Below are positions 27,002-40,194 of a DNA stretch of 64,000 bases, in pieces (the stretch's first letter is position 1; the number at the start of each line of letters is the position of its first letter). Position numbers and translations under genes: made by a program. A model generated the notes under the pieces. It was not told where the DNA came from. It saw only the letters and a list, made by a program, of their open reading frames with translations, and did no database searches. The stretch comes from Octopus vulgaris (lineage: Eukaryota). The stretch is from assembly GCA_951406725.2 (NCBI GenBank), contig OX597819.1, positions 54,560,001-54,624,000 of the forward strand, read 5' to 3'.

Positions 27002-30000
27002 TAGTTTTATTTTTGTAGCGTACTTTCACTTCACTACCGAGCGCAGCTCTGTGTGCCTTAGGTATGTGCTCTGATTTGTTGTGATGCTCTGATGGTTATT
27101 GTATGGAAAGTGTTCTGCGTAGGATGTGTGCAGTGCCTAGTAGTGCAATTTTCTGTATGTTATATGTGTTTGTAAGTCCTGGTGTTTTTGTTATGTATTT
27201 GTCTGAATATTTTTTTTATCATGCCTAATGCACCTACTATGATAGGAATTGTTTCTGTTTTTAGATTCCACATTCTGGTTACTTCTATTTCCAGGTCTTT
27301 GTATTTTGAAAGTTTCTCCATTTCTTTTAGAGACACGTTGTCATCTGCCGGTATTGATACATCAATTAGAAAGCATTTTTTTCTTCATGATCTCTGACAA
27401 CTATATCTGGTCTGTTGGCCTTAATTTCTCTATCAGTGTGTATCGGCATATCCCAGAGTATGGTTGTTTTCTCGTTTTCTGTGACTTTTTCTGGTGTGTG
27501 CCTATACCATCTTTTTTCTGTTGTTATTCCATAATGTTGGCATAGCTTCCAGTGTATGTAGGTTCCAACTCTGTCATGTCTGTGAATATATTCCTTCTTA
27601 GCCAGGACTGGGCAGCCAGAGATAATATGATTTATTGTTTCTTGTCCATCTCCACATATTCTGCAGTTGTTATATTTCTTTTCATTACATGTTTTTGGTA
27701 ATTTCTGGTGGGAAGGCTTTGGTCTTGTGCTGCAATTAAAAATCCCTCTGTCTCTGCTTTGAGTCCTGAGCTTCTCAACCATTGCTGGGATTTTTCTTTG
27801 TCTATTTCTTTTGCGTTTAGTTTAGTCTAGTATTTACCATGAAGGGGCTTTCCTTGCCATCGTTTTATCATGGTTCGTTGCTGTTCTATTTTTAGTTTGG
27901 ATTTCATTTGTTTTATAGCTTTTGTTGTTTCTTCATCATCTTCTTCTTCATATTTATTAGGTGGTATGATTTCTTGTTTGTATTTGTCGGCTTCCTTAAA
28001 TACTGAGAACAGTTTTTTGTTTTGCTCGTGTTTTGCCGCTATTTGTATCAGTTTTCCTTCCTTCTGAAGTAGATATTTTTGCAGTCCTATGGTGGTTATT
28101 TATAGTAGTTTTCCAGCTGTATAAGGCCTCTACCACCTTCTATACGTTGTATATATAGTCTCTCTATGTCAGATTTTGGGTGATGCATCCTAGATCCTGT
28201 CATTATTTTTCTTGTTTTCCTATCTATTTTGGTCAGTTCATTTAGTGTCCAGTTAAGGATATTGTAGCTGTAACTTATAACTGGGACAGCTAAAGTGTTA
28301 ATCCCTATTATCTTGTTTTTAGCATTGAACTCTGTTTTTAGTATTGATCTAACTCGTCTATAATATTCTTTTTTTATTTTCTCTTTCATTTGTGTGTGTT
28401 GTGTCTTATCTAGTTCATGGATTCCTAAGTATTTGTAAGTTTGGCTTTGGTCTAATTCTTTTATTTCATTGGTTTTATCTAGTGTGATGTTGCTACTCTT
28501 AACTAGTTTTCCTCTTTTCATGGTTACTTTGGCGCATTTTTCTAATCCAAATTTCATATCTATTTCTTTGGTAAATCCATGAACTGTCTTTAGTAGTGTT
28601 TCCAGCTGTTTGTCATTTGCAGCGTATAGTTTTTGGTCATCCATATATAAAAGGTGGCTGATCGTTTTGCCGTAACATTTATATCCGCATCCAGATCTAT
28701 TTAGCATATCAGATAGAGGTGACAGTGCCAAGCAGAAAAGGAGTGGAGAGAGCGTGTTTCCCTTCAATATTCCTCTTCTAATGGGGATGGCTTTGGTTTT
28801 CATGAGTCCCTCTTTTGTTTGGAGCTGTAGCACTGTTTGCCATTTATTCATAGAGTGCCCTATGAATTTTATAATTATTGGTGCTACTTTGTTAATGGCT
28901 AGTGCTTCGAGGATCCATGTGTGGGGGATGCTATCAAACGCCTTTTTGTAGTCGATCCAGGCCATACTGAGGCCTTTCTTCTTTCTGTGGCTGTCTTCAG
29001 TTAGGGCTTTATCGATCATTAGTTGATCTTTACAGCCATATGAGCTTTTGCGGCATCCTTTCTGCTCTTCTGGAAACAGGTTGTTTTCGTCCAGGTGCTT
29101 GTTCAACCTTTGCGATATCACTGAAGTAAATGCCTTGTACATTGTAGGGAGACAGGTTATTGGTCTGTAGTTTTCTGGTTTTGCTGTCTCATTTGATTTG
29201 GGAATTAAAATGGTTTTCCCCTTCGTGAGCCATTCAGGCATTGTCTCTGGCTCTGCTAGTATGTTGTTAAAGTTTTCATCCAGCTTTTTGTGCATTCCAG
29301 TTAGATATTTCAACCAGAAGTTGGGGATCTTGTCATGCCCAGGTGCCTTCAAGATGCTTAGTCTTTGCAGTGCCTGGGTGACCTCTTCAGTTGTTATGGG
29401 GGTCCAAAGTTGCTCAGATGCTGAGTTTGGTGTTTTAATACTCCTTTTTTTGGTTGTTCGTTCGCCGACCATATTTCTCTCCAGAATTCTTCCACTTCTT
29501 CTGCCGTTGGTGCTGCAGTGATTTCTATTTTATTTTTGCCAAGTTCTTGGTAGAACTTTTTGGGGTTGGAGTTGAACTTTTTGTTTTGTTCAAAGAAGCG
29601 CTGGCGTTTCTCGTACCGGCGGATCCTTTGTGCTTTGGCAAGGATATCTTGCTTCAGCTTTTCTTTTATCTCAGGTAAATCTTTTTCTGTGATGTTATAT
29701 TTGTGGAGTATTTTTGTTTTTTTTTGTTGCTCAGTAGCGTTGATTGTCTACTGATTTCATTAAGAATCGACAGATCTTTTCTCATTTTTTGTATTTTGTT
29801 TTGGATGTTATTTATCCACAGGGTTTGTTTGGGTGGTGGTACTCCTGTTTGGATGGGTTTGAGTGAGTATCCAGCTTCTTTTGTGGCTGAAGTTGCTGCT
29901 GCGTATACTAAGTCATTTAGCTCAGTGATATCGCTTTTTGTCTCAGTGGCTATTAGTTCCGTGACGGCTAGGTTTATAATTGGTGTTGTTGTTTCGTCTA

Positions 30001-31076
30001 TTTTGATTTTTGGGAGGTATGGTCGGTGGTCCATTTTGAACTCTGTGGTTTTCAGTTCTTTGACTATTTTACTTTTTATATTATCATAATCATTAGGCTC
30101 CCCTTCGTTGTTTCCAGGTTTTAGATTTGTGTCGCTTTCTTTCTTATTTATATGTTTGTTTGCCGTATTTTGGCTTGCTGTTTGTCGTGTATTATTATGC
30201 ATCCTTACGGTCTGGGTTTGTTGTTATTGGTCACATCGTGTTTGTTGGGAATGTTACGTTTGTCTTCGTGTTTTACTGTTTCAGTGTTTATATTATTGGG
30301 CATTGTTGTGTGGCTTCTATCTACATTTTCCTGGTGTATTTTTTTCTTTTAGGTGTTCTATTTCTATTTCTGATATTTTTTTTGCGTTGAGAATGTATCT
30401 TCGTACGTTAGCTAGTTTATTAGGGTTCATTGCTGTATCCAAGTCTATATTTATGTTATTTTCCTTCCATATTTTATATGTGTGTTGTTGTGTTTTCATT
30501 TTTTGGGTAGAGCACTGCTGTGAAGTATGCGTGTAGGATAGAAATGTATTCCTCACGTGTCCATTTATGTCTTTTGGGTTTTATTTGCGGGACACGAGAA
30601 ACAACGTCCGGCCCATTATTTTGACGGTCGTCATTTTCGTAGGGTACCGGTCCGTTCATTTCTGTTGTCACATTGTTTTGCACGTGTAGTTTTTCGTACA
30701 TTTTGTGTTGTAAGTTTAAAGTACGTACTTCCCGATTGTTATTCTTGGGTTCAATAATATCGGTGGTATTTAATTTCTTCGTAGTTCCTTTGTACATGGT
30801 GTTTGGGGTCGGGGATGAACTGGTGTTTATGGGTCGTAATGTTCCAAGCATGTTTACATGTGTTGTGTTAGAGGTGGAGATGATATCGAGTCAAAATACA
30901 TCATTTCGTTTCGAAAATAGTAATAAATTTCAATGAGTATTACTTACTCGGGTACAGTTCAATCCTTTGTTAGTAAATCTTTGGTTCCATACGACGTCCT
31001 TGTTTTCGATGTTTGTGGATAGATTTCGGAGCTCTGTTTTATCGTTCTTACATCTTAAACGTCCCCCGGTGTATCT
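26999..31076 (-). mobile_element. R4/Dong-clade non-LTR retrotransposon (RT + REL endonuclease), near full length, frameshifted
   Basis: KAPGHD, NYRPITCL, WIDYKKAFDS and HLLYMDD in the RT; CCHC finger CRICG...ETINHIISGC, RHD and RPDIV in the REL domain; both ends lie in (TAA)n. Confidence 0.9.
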
Positions 31077-31152
31077 TTATTATTATTATTATTATTATTG
31101 TTGTTGTTGTTGTTGTTGTTTTTGTTTTTTGTTGTTGTTGTTGTTGTTGTTG

Positions 31153-31192
<40 letters not shown>

Positions 31193-31543
31193 TATTACTG
31201 TGTTGGTAGTTAGTTAGTTCTCTTCGGCATCTATAAAATAAGTATTAGTTGACAAGTAATCGACTTGTCCTACGCAACAAAATTTCAGGCCATGTGCTTA
31301 TAGTAGAAATAAAAACTAAGGAGGCTAGCTGAAACAGTCGTTACAGTGTCGGACAAAAGGCTTCGCAGCTTTTCGTCCGTCGTTACGTTCTGAGTTTAGA
31401 TGCCACCGAGGTCAACTTTGCCTTTCATTTTTTCAGGGTCGATAAAATAAGTACCAGTTGAACACTGGGGTCGATATAAATGACTCGTCCTATCTCCTCC
31501 AAATTTCAGGCTTTGTGACTATAACAGAAAAAAAATCAACATT

Positions 31544-31575
<32 letters not shown>

Positions 31576-31610
31576 TAGTATTATTACTATTACTATTACT
31601 ATTATTACTA

Positions 31611-31667
<57 letters not shown>

Positions 31668-32872
31668 CACTTTGCTTTTCATCCATTCGGGTCGATAAAT
31701 TAAGTACTAGTGGCATACTGCGATCGATGTAACCGACTAGTCCCCTCCCCCAAATTTCAGACCTTGTGCCTATAGCAGAAAGGATTATTATTATTATTGA
31801 GTAAGAGAGCAGTGCATGCCATCAAAGTGACCCTGGGGTAAAATATACGAAGCCCAGAAACCCATCATGACTACCCGTCTGATAAGGGTACACTAGGCAC
31901 ATGCATCACAACCATATGTGCGCGACATGGTGATCTCATATTAAGATAAACAGCACATGACCTTGCAGGTAGGGCCCAGTTAGAATTTACTTCAGGTCGA
32001 GTAGCCCATCCTGCTCAAAAGGCCTCTGAATAAGGATTGTTTAAGGATGTTGAACAAAACACGTTTCCAAAGGTGAATTATCCAAACCCAAAAGAATTCC
32101 TCTCAGCACATGGCTATGATGCTCCCAACTACTTCTGCTCATGATCAGAAATGCACATATCGTCAGCCACTAAAGGACATGCTCAACTGGTTAAGCTTGA
32201 CCTTAACCAGTTGAACATGTTCCTATGTTTCCAGAGGTGAATTATTCAAACCCCAAAGAATCCCTCTCAACACATGGCTATGACGCTCCTCCACTACTTC
32301 TACTCGTTATCAGGATGGCACATATCGTCAACCACTAAGAGACATGGTCAACTGGTTAAGGTCAAACAACTGACAAGCAAATCTGTGGCATTGGACAGAA
32401 TATTTGCTGTTTTTTTATACCAAGACAAAACAAAGTACATGATAACACTTCCAATCAGTTAAGATCAAAAGCCATGAGAGCCACTGCCTGGTACTGCATC
32501 AGGGCATATTATTATTATTATTATTATTGAGTGAGAGAGTAGTTCATGCCATCAAAGTGACACTGGGGTAAAATATACGAAGCCCAATATACCCATCATG
32601 ACTACCCGTCTGATAAGGGTACACCAGGCACATGCATCACAACCATATGTGTGAGACATGGTGATCTCATATCAAGATAAACAGCACATGACCTTGCAGG
32701 TGGGGCCCAGTTAGAATTTTTTTCAGGTTGAGTAGCCCATCCCGCTCAAAAGGTCCCTGAATAAGGGTTGTTTAAGGATGTTGAAAGAACCACCCATGTT
32801 TCCAGATGTGAATTATTCAAACCCCAAAGAATCAGAAGCCATGAGAGCCACTGCCTGGTACTGCATCAGGGC

Positions 32873-32930
<58 letters not shown>

Positions 32931-32949
32931 GTTGTTGTTGTTGTTGTTG

Positions 32950-33009
<60 letters not shown>

Positions 33010-33369
33010 CATTTGAAGAGAAAAGTGAGGGTAGAGAGGGAGGTTCTGTCTTTTAGTGTGTTTATCAAAAGATGGTCGACAGTGACAAGACTGGTGAGAT
33101 GGAATGGATCTACTCTGAATATGCTTTTCCAAGCAGGAGGAAAGAGACTGGAAGAGGGAACTTTTCTATGGCTTGGAGATGGCAGAGTAATCCGGGATTT
33201 TTGAGTGTGATCTACCCCCGATTACCCTCAGTGGACTGCCCCGCTATACAGGATTCTATTAATTAATTAATTAATTTATTTATTATCTATTTCTCTATTT
33301 AGCGGTATTTCGCCCGTCGCTACGTTCTGAGTTCAAATTCCGCCGAGGTCAACTTTGCCTTTCATCATT

Positions 33370-33810
33370 TTAACTTCATCCCACAGGGGAAGGTGGTCTC
33401 CATTTTTCCATATATGATCAGCTATACCCGATTTATCAATATCTTCTCGTGTCACAGCCTTGCGATGTTCGTCTACCCTTATTTTGAGGGGGCGGCATGT
33501 TTCGCCATTGTATGACCTACCACAACTGCATGTGATGGAGTACACACTGTCTTTGGTCATATTCTCTTCCACTGGTGGTTTTATTCGAAGGAGATATTTG
33601 CGAAGTGTTGTATTACTCTTGAATGCTGTCCTGATGTCATATGGGCCGCATATCTTTTGTATCTTTTCGGAGAGGCCTTTCACATAGGGTAGACAGACTG
33701 TGGACAGTTTATTGGTTTCATCCTCCCTTTTCTTCATAATTGGAGTGGATAGTATGTTTTTGGGGTAGTTGTTGCTTAATAGATTGTTATTGAGCTTGAT
33801 CAATAATAGA
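33370..33810 (-). mobile_element. Penelope-like GIY-YIG endonuclease fragment
   Basis: LPYVKGLSEKI...VYSITCSCGRSYNGET.RPL..R..EH. Confidence 0.85.
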
Positions 33811-33972
33811 CAGAGAACACCACTGGAAAATACGAAGCAGCACATATGCTAGGACACAACAACCTCCTAAGCAGACCGAGTGCAGATATGAGTAGTATAT
33901 GTGAACCGGTACTAAGGAAGGATAGGAAAATCTTATATTTATAAGTCCTAAAATTTACTCCATAATTGAAAC

Positions 33973-34170
33973 GGTCATATGGCGTAGTGGTTACGAGCGC
34001 GGGCTACTAACACCAAGATTTCAAGTTCGATTCCAAGACGTGACCTGAAAAATAATAACATTCGAAGTTTCTCCAAGACACCCGATGAAGGCTGGAGTGT
34101 ATATCAGCCGAAACGTTGTGTTAACAACAAACAAATATCCGTCAAATGTAAATAATGCATATAATCAATA
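33973..34170 (+). mobile_element. tRNA-derived SINE with a hammerhead-like tail
   Basis: TGGCGTAGTGG A box and GTTCGATTCC B box, then ACAC-CCGATGA-AGGCTG..CAGCC-GAAAC-GTT-GTGT. Confidence 0.6.
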
Positions 34171-34435
34171 AAGACTTGAGAAGTGCATTTGCTAGATTTT
34201 ATTCTTTACAGATGGAACCCAAGAATAAAAGAAAGAAAAATAAAAAGAGAGAAATACATCAAATAATACGAAACAATGGTTTTTGTTGTTCTTATCTTAG
34301 TTATTGTTGTTCGTTCTCCTGTAGGTAATTCATAAAAAATATCAGTTCTAGTAATGGGTGATATTGAAGCCCACGAAGAGAAGATAATTATCATCTAGAC
34401 AAACTTCTCAAGTTCTCTTTTATAAATTGATATTT

Positions 34436-34621
34436 TCAGTCGAAAAGTCCTTCAGCATACGTAATAAATTTGGATAAATACGTTCCTGAAATTTCGTCCA
34501 TTACAGCTCGGTTTGGAACAAACTTTTTTACACCGATCCATCCAGAAATTCCACTCTCCTTGTCCTCGAGAAACAATACTCTGGTACTACTCCTGAACGC
34601 AAAAATGCAAAGGCGGTACAC
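34436..34621 (-). CDS. Unknown-family terminal exon, type B, intact
   Basis: TTGATTTCAG acceptor, phase 0; VYRLCIFAFRSSTRVLFLEDKESGISGWIGVKKFVPNRAVMDEISGTYLSKFITYAEGLFD*. Confidence 0.7.
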   Translation of the reverse strand: MYRLCIFAFRSSTRVLFLEDKESGISGWIGVKKFVPNRAVMDEISGTYLSKFITYAEGLFD

Positions 34622-34653
34622 CTGAAATCAATTGAATTAAAAAATCACTGCTG

Positions 34654-34689
<36 letters not shown>

Positions 34690-35241
34690 GAGTGAGAGAG
34701 CAGTGTAAGCCATCAAAGTGACACTGGGGTGCAAATATACGAAGCCCAGTATACCCATCATGACTACCCGTCTGATAAGGGTACACCAGGCACATGCATC
34801 ACAACTATATCTGCGCGACATGATGATCTCATATCAAGATAAACAGCGCATGCCCTGCGGGTGGAGCCCAGTTAGAATTTTCTTCACTCGAGTAGCCCAT
34901 CCTGCTTAAAAGATTCCTGAATAAGAGTTGTTTAAGGATGTTGACTGAAACGCCCATGTTTCCAAAGGTGAATTATCCAAACCCCAAAGAATTCTTCTCA
35001 GCACATGGCTATGATGCTCCCCCACTACTTCTGCTCGTGATCAGAGATGCACATATCGTCAACCACTAAGGGACATGCTCAACTGGTTAAGGTCAAACAA
35101 CTGACAAGCAAATCTGTGGTATTGAGCAGAATATTTGCTGTAGCCCATCTTTTATACCAAGACAAAACAATGTACATGATAACACTTCCAATCAGTTAAG
35201 ATCAGAAGCCAAGACAGCCACTGCCTGGTACTGCATCAGGG

Positions 35242-35282
<41 letters not shown>

Positions 35283-35836
35283 GAGTGAGAGAGCAGTTCA
35301 TGCCATCAAAGTGACATTGGGATAAAATATACGAAGCCCAATATACCCATCATGACTACCCGTCTGATAAAGGTACACCAGGCACATGCATCACAACCAT
35401 ATGTGCGCGACATGGTGATCTCATATCAAGATAAACAGCACATGACCTTGCAGGTAGGGCCCAATTAGAATTTTCTTCAGGTTGAGTAGCCCATCCCGCT
35501 CAAACGGTCCCTGAATAAGGGTTGTTTAAGGATGTTGAAAGAACCACCCATGTTTCCAGAGGTGAATTATTCAAACCCCAAAGAATCCCTCTCAACACAT
35601 GGCTATGATGCTCCCCCACTACTTCTGCTCGTGATCAGAGATGCACATATCGTCAGCCACTAAGAGACATGCTCAACTGGTTAAGGTCAAACAACTGACA
35701 AGCAAATCTGTGGTATTGAGCAGAATATTTGCTGTAGCCCATCTTTTATACCAAGACAAAACAATGTACATGATAACACTTCCAATCAGTTAAGATCAGA
35801 AGCCATGAGAGCCACTGCCTGGTACTGCATCAGGGC

Positions 35837-35882
<46 letters not shown>

Positions 35883-35899
35883 ATTATTATTATTATTAA

Positions 35900-35964
<65 letters not shown>

Positions 35965-37175
35965 TTTAAAAAAGGATTGACGTAACTCTTCACAGAGGTA
36001 AACAGTCAAGACGAAGAGCGTGATTCGATTGTAAGATATTTTATTTGTTGAACGATATTTCAACAGTATGTCTGTCTTTGTCAAGTTCAAAATAAGAAGT
36101 GATAAAAATTCAAAATTCAAAATTACAGAAATTTAAACGTAATGTATGAACGAGAGCAACCAGTGTCCATGCGTTGATGGAATGACATCATGAGTTTTTA
36201 AGCTTCAATTTTATAACAGGCGAGAAGAAAAAGACAGAAAAAACCCCCCAGAAAAAGACAGACGACAAAAAAAAAAAAGAAAGAAAAAGAGAGGAAGAAG
36301 AATCAAACAGTTTTGTATAAATTTGATGATATTCTCCTGTCATCTCATTCATTCCTCCAGGGCGTGATGTTAATAATCGGCAAACATATTTCTCCTCATA
36401 CATTCTGAGAAGTGAAAGCGATGCAGATTCAGAATATTCAAGTCTTCTTCAAAACTGCAGCCGCTTGAAACGAAATGTTCAGCAAGTTCTGTCGAACTAC
36501 TGTTATTGTGCCTGACGTCGAATCTGTGCCCATTAAACCTTTTTTTAAATTGTTCTGCTGTGCAACCAACATAAATTAAGTTGTGTTTCGTGCATTCTGC
36601 AGCGTACTCAAAATGGGTATCTTTACATGTTCCACCTTCTGTGGAATTCATAATATTTCTGTTATGATTTCTGATGGAATTCACTTCACTCATGTTGTTG
36701 CACAATGAACAGGACTTACCTCTCTTGCGGCTGTTCTTTAAGGTACAGCATGTAGATACTCCAATGTTCGTTTTCCAATGTCAGATATAGAGGTCAATAA
36801 TTCTCTTATATTCTTATTCCGTCTAAAGGCTACAATAGGCGGCTGATGAAATATCTATTTGAAACGAGGATATGTTTTCGCCATATGCTGGTAACGTTCA
36901 TGCAACACTTTTGAAATGCCAGCGAACTGTCGGTGCCAGTTAATCACTAAAGGAATTCTGCCATCTATTGTATTATGTTTGCTAAAATTATGCGTAAAGG
37001 TTTGACTATCTTTGCTAATCTTAGCTATTTCATTTGCTATTTCCTTTAATCGTGATTCACTGTAACCGCGTTTGACATAATGACATACAAAAGCATTAGC
37101 ATGTTTCCAGTAATCCCCTATGTCAGTACAAATCCGTTTTATCCTCAAAAACTGGGATTTCGGATTTGACCGAAT
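35965..37175 (-). mobile_element. Penelope-like element, 3' part (RT thumb, GIY-YIG, pLTR)
   Basis: PKSQFLRIKRIC, RIPLV and Y.AEC.KH.L.YVG.T...F.KRFNGHR motifs, followed by a hammerhead motif and AATAAA. Confidence 0.85.
36048..36090 (-). ncRNA. Minimal type I hammerhead ribozyme (U3-A8 variant)
   Basis: Minus strand reads TTGAAC-TTGACAA-A-GACAG acata CTGTT-GAAA-TATC-GTTCAA: 6-bp stem I, 5-bp stem II, palindromic stem III, AUC triplet. Confidence 0.7.
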
Positions 37176-37479
37176 AAGATGATGTGGATGATCGGAGCGA
37201 TTCTGATTGAACTCAGAACGGAGCGACGGGCGAAATACCTATTTCTTTACTACCCACAAGGGGCTAAACACAGAGGGGACAAACAAGGACAGACAAACAG
37301 ATTAAGTCGATTACATCGACCCCAGTGCGTAACTGGTACTTATTTAATCGACCCCGAAAGGATGAAAGGCAAAGTCAACCTTGACGGAATTTGAACTCAG
37401 AACGTAGCGGCAGACGAAATACCGCTAAGCATTCCGTCCAGCGTGTTAACGATTCTGCCATCTCGCCACCATACTGCTG

Positions 37480-37527
<48 letters not shown>

Positions 37528-37952
37528 GCAGAATCGTTAGTGCGGTATTTCGCCAGTCGCTACGCTCTGATTTCAAATCCCGCTGAGGTCGATTTTGCCT
37601 TTCATCCTTTCGGAGTGAAATACCAGTGAAATACTGGAGTCGATGTAATCGACTGCCCCCCCCACCACTCTCCACAAATTTGTGGCCTTTTGCCTCCAGT
37701 AGAAAGGATTACTATTATTCATATACACACAACAGAGTAGACTGTTGGAAAAGAAAAAAATCCTAACATCGGGATACAACAAGTAACCTTAGATACCAAG
37801 AACCCTCTTAAGTATCCTAACTGTCTCTAATAACACTGTTTCCTGGAGCTGTACTAAACTAGGTTTTATGCCTATTTCCTCTATCCATCTGTTCTGATCC
37901 TTAGGGATAGTTCCAAATGCAATTATAACTACTGGGATACATTTTACCCGCA

Positions 37953-37987
<35 letters not shown>

Positions 37988-37988
37988 G

Positions 37989-38046
<58 letters not shown>

Positions 38047-38083
38047 CAACGGGCCGGCAGAATCGTTTACACGCCGAGTAAAA

Positions 38084-38127
38084 AGTCTTTTACTACTCCT
38101 GTATGCGGCAATCTGACGCTGGTACAT
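38084..38127 (-). pseudogene. Truncated type A terminal exon
   Basis: Same acceptor as the other copies; MYQRQIAAYRSSKRL, then joined to a SINE fragment. Confidence 0.75.
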
Positions 38128-38326
38128 CTGAAAGCAATTGAATCCGAGAGCAATGCTTGTTGTTATTATTATTATTATTATTATTATTTCCTTCTTTCTT
38201 CAAATTTTCTTCCGTTTCTCGCCGGATGTTTTCCGTACACCTAGGGCAAAGAAACTCATTGTATGCATTCCTAGATTAGACAAAAGAATCCAAAGGTAAA
38301 ATATGTATTTAAAATATACAGTTAAA

Positions 38327-38379
<53 letters not shown>

Positions 38380-39129
38380 TCACACATCCAGCGGTGACCA
38401 GTAGACCAGAACAGGTTTCAGGGTCTTACTCTTCCTCAATACTGGACATCTATCTGCTAGAGATGGTAGTCGTTCGACAATTGGCAAAAAAGCAAACCTG
38501 TCCGCCAGACAACAAACCGTAGTGAGAACGCATACATGGAAAATGGAGTGACTTTTCAGGAACTTTCCAGTTTGAACGCCCCGTTCTCGTGCTAAAGCAT
38601 TCACGTGCTAAAGCATTCACGTGCTAAAACGATCACGCGCTAAAACTTCCATGTACAAAAGAAAAAAAAAATTAGAGCGACAGAATCCAATACCGCTTGG
38701 TATTTAAGAGCGTCGTTATATGTTTCCGGTTCAAATATTACCAAAGTCAAGTTTATTTTTCATATTCAGTACAGAATGGAGTCGATTGAGTCAAGTGATC
38801 CCTCCTTGTCACGTATCATCATCGCCAGTCATCAGCAACCCCTGGGGTTTAACGCTTCGAATCCAAGGAGTCTTGGGGCTACCTGCCAGGTTTTCATGGC
38901 GTATAAAGGACCGAAATCACATGCCGCCCTCCTGAATGGGACGCCGGTTCGTTACAGGGGTTACTTATTTAGAGCTGAGTGGGCTGGAGTAACGTGAAAT
39001 GAAGTGTTTTGCTGAAGAACACAACGCATTGTCCGGTCTGGGAAGCGAAACTATGACCTCATGTTTCGTTAGCGCAGTACCTTAAAAGTTATGCCAATCA
39101 TATATATATACGAGCAAAACGCCTAAGCT

Positions 39130-39422
39130 TGTCCGGCCGTCCCATAGGCCACCCCTTTGAGAAACACTGATTTAACCTAAATTTGAGACACCAGTAAAAG
39201 AAGAAATAAAGATAGACTTTTTTCTGTTCCAAAGAAAAACGATTTCCCACGGCTTTATCGATCGCATTCTCACCTGGAATCGAGTTTTGTAATTTTGACT
39301 TATACACGCCCCGATACCATCGGTATCTGCATATCAAATTTGAGCGCAGTCGGATGGAGGATGTCCGAGATCCTAGAAGCCACACACACAGAGACAGACA
39401 GAACGGATTTAATATAAGAGAT
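39130..39422 (-). mobile_element. Helitron/HINE-like non-autonomous element (second copy 56510-56795)
   Basis: Minus strand starts TCTCTTATATTAAA followed by a (CTGT)/(GT) microsatellite, an architecture typical of DINE/HINE elements. Confidence 0.45.
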
Positions 39423-39448
39423 ATATAATATATAATATATAAATAAAC

Positions 39449-39487
<39 letters not shown>

Positions 39488-39728
39488 ATTAAATTAATAT
39501 CTAATTTCTCAACCTCTTTTTAAATTTAAATTAATACGTTCTCCAACTGGCAAAGGCCGCTGCAGTAAAGTATTATCTTGCAGCATCAGTTTTTCCGGTA
39601 ATTTAGCGCGCCAAAGCGAGGACATTTGAAATAGTAGCCACGAGTGTAATGGGTAGGACTGTTTTACAAGTCTGACTTTGTGCGGACTCCGAGTATGCAG
39701 TCCTGCAAATTATATTCATCTGGACTGT

Positions 39729-39797
39729 CACACTGATGATCTACGGACATGTATGTAAGTAAACTTACGTAATATGGTAATAGTGAAACATGTATGC
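39729..39797 (+). ncRNA. Hammerhead-like motif with long stem II
   Basis: CA-CTGATGA-[hairpin containing TATGTAAGT/ACTTACGTA]-GAAA-CATG-TA-TG; canonical core boxes and GUA site, weak stem I. Confidence 0.45.
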
Positions 39798-40119
39798 AAA
39801 TAATCCATATTTTTATTGCTTTTTCTTTTGTCTTACTCGATTACGTTTTGGTTGTTTTGCTAAATTTTTGTTGAGAACATTTCTTAGTGGTAAGACCATA
39901 GCAGATCTATTTCTAGCATAAGGGTGTCCACATAGTGGTTTCCCTCTAATATGTGTATTTATATATATATATAAACTAACATTTCTTCTTTTTAATATGT
40001 ACCGAAATGCGTGTTGTAAGTTACAAATAAGAGGATAATTAATTTCGAACGCCGAGACGCCGTTAGATCCGCAGAAACACTGGGTGAATTACCCTTACAA
40101 AACGGAAAAAAATTGTCAG

Positions 40120-40194
40120 CAAATAGTCGTGGGACTCGAACCCACATCTCTTGAAGACTCCACCCAAGCGCTTTACCATTATGCTAAACTGCCC
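40120..40194 (-). mobile_element. tRNA-derived SINE head / pseudo-tRNA (copy at 56982-57056)
   Basis: TAGCATAATGGT A box and GGTTCGAGTCCC B box; no intact acceptor stem. Confidence 0.55.
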
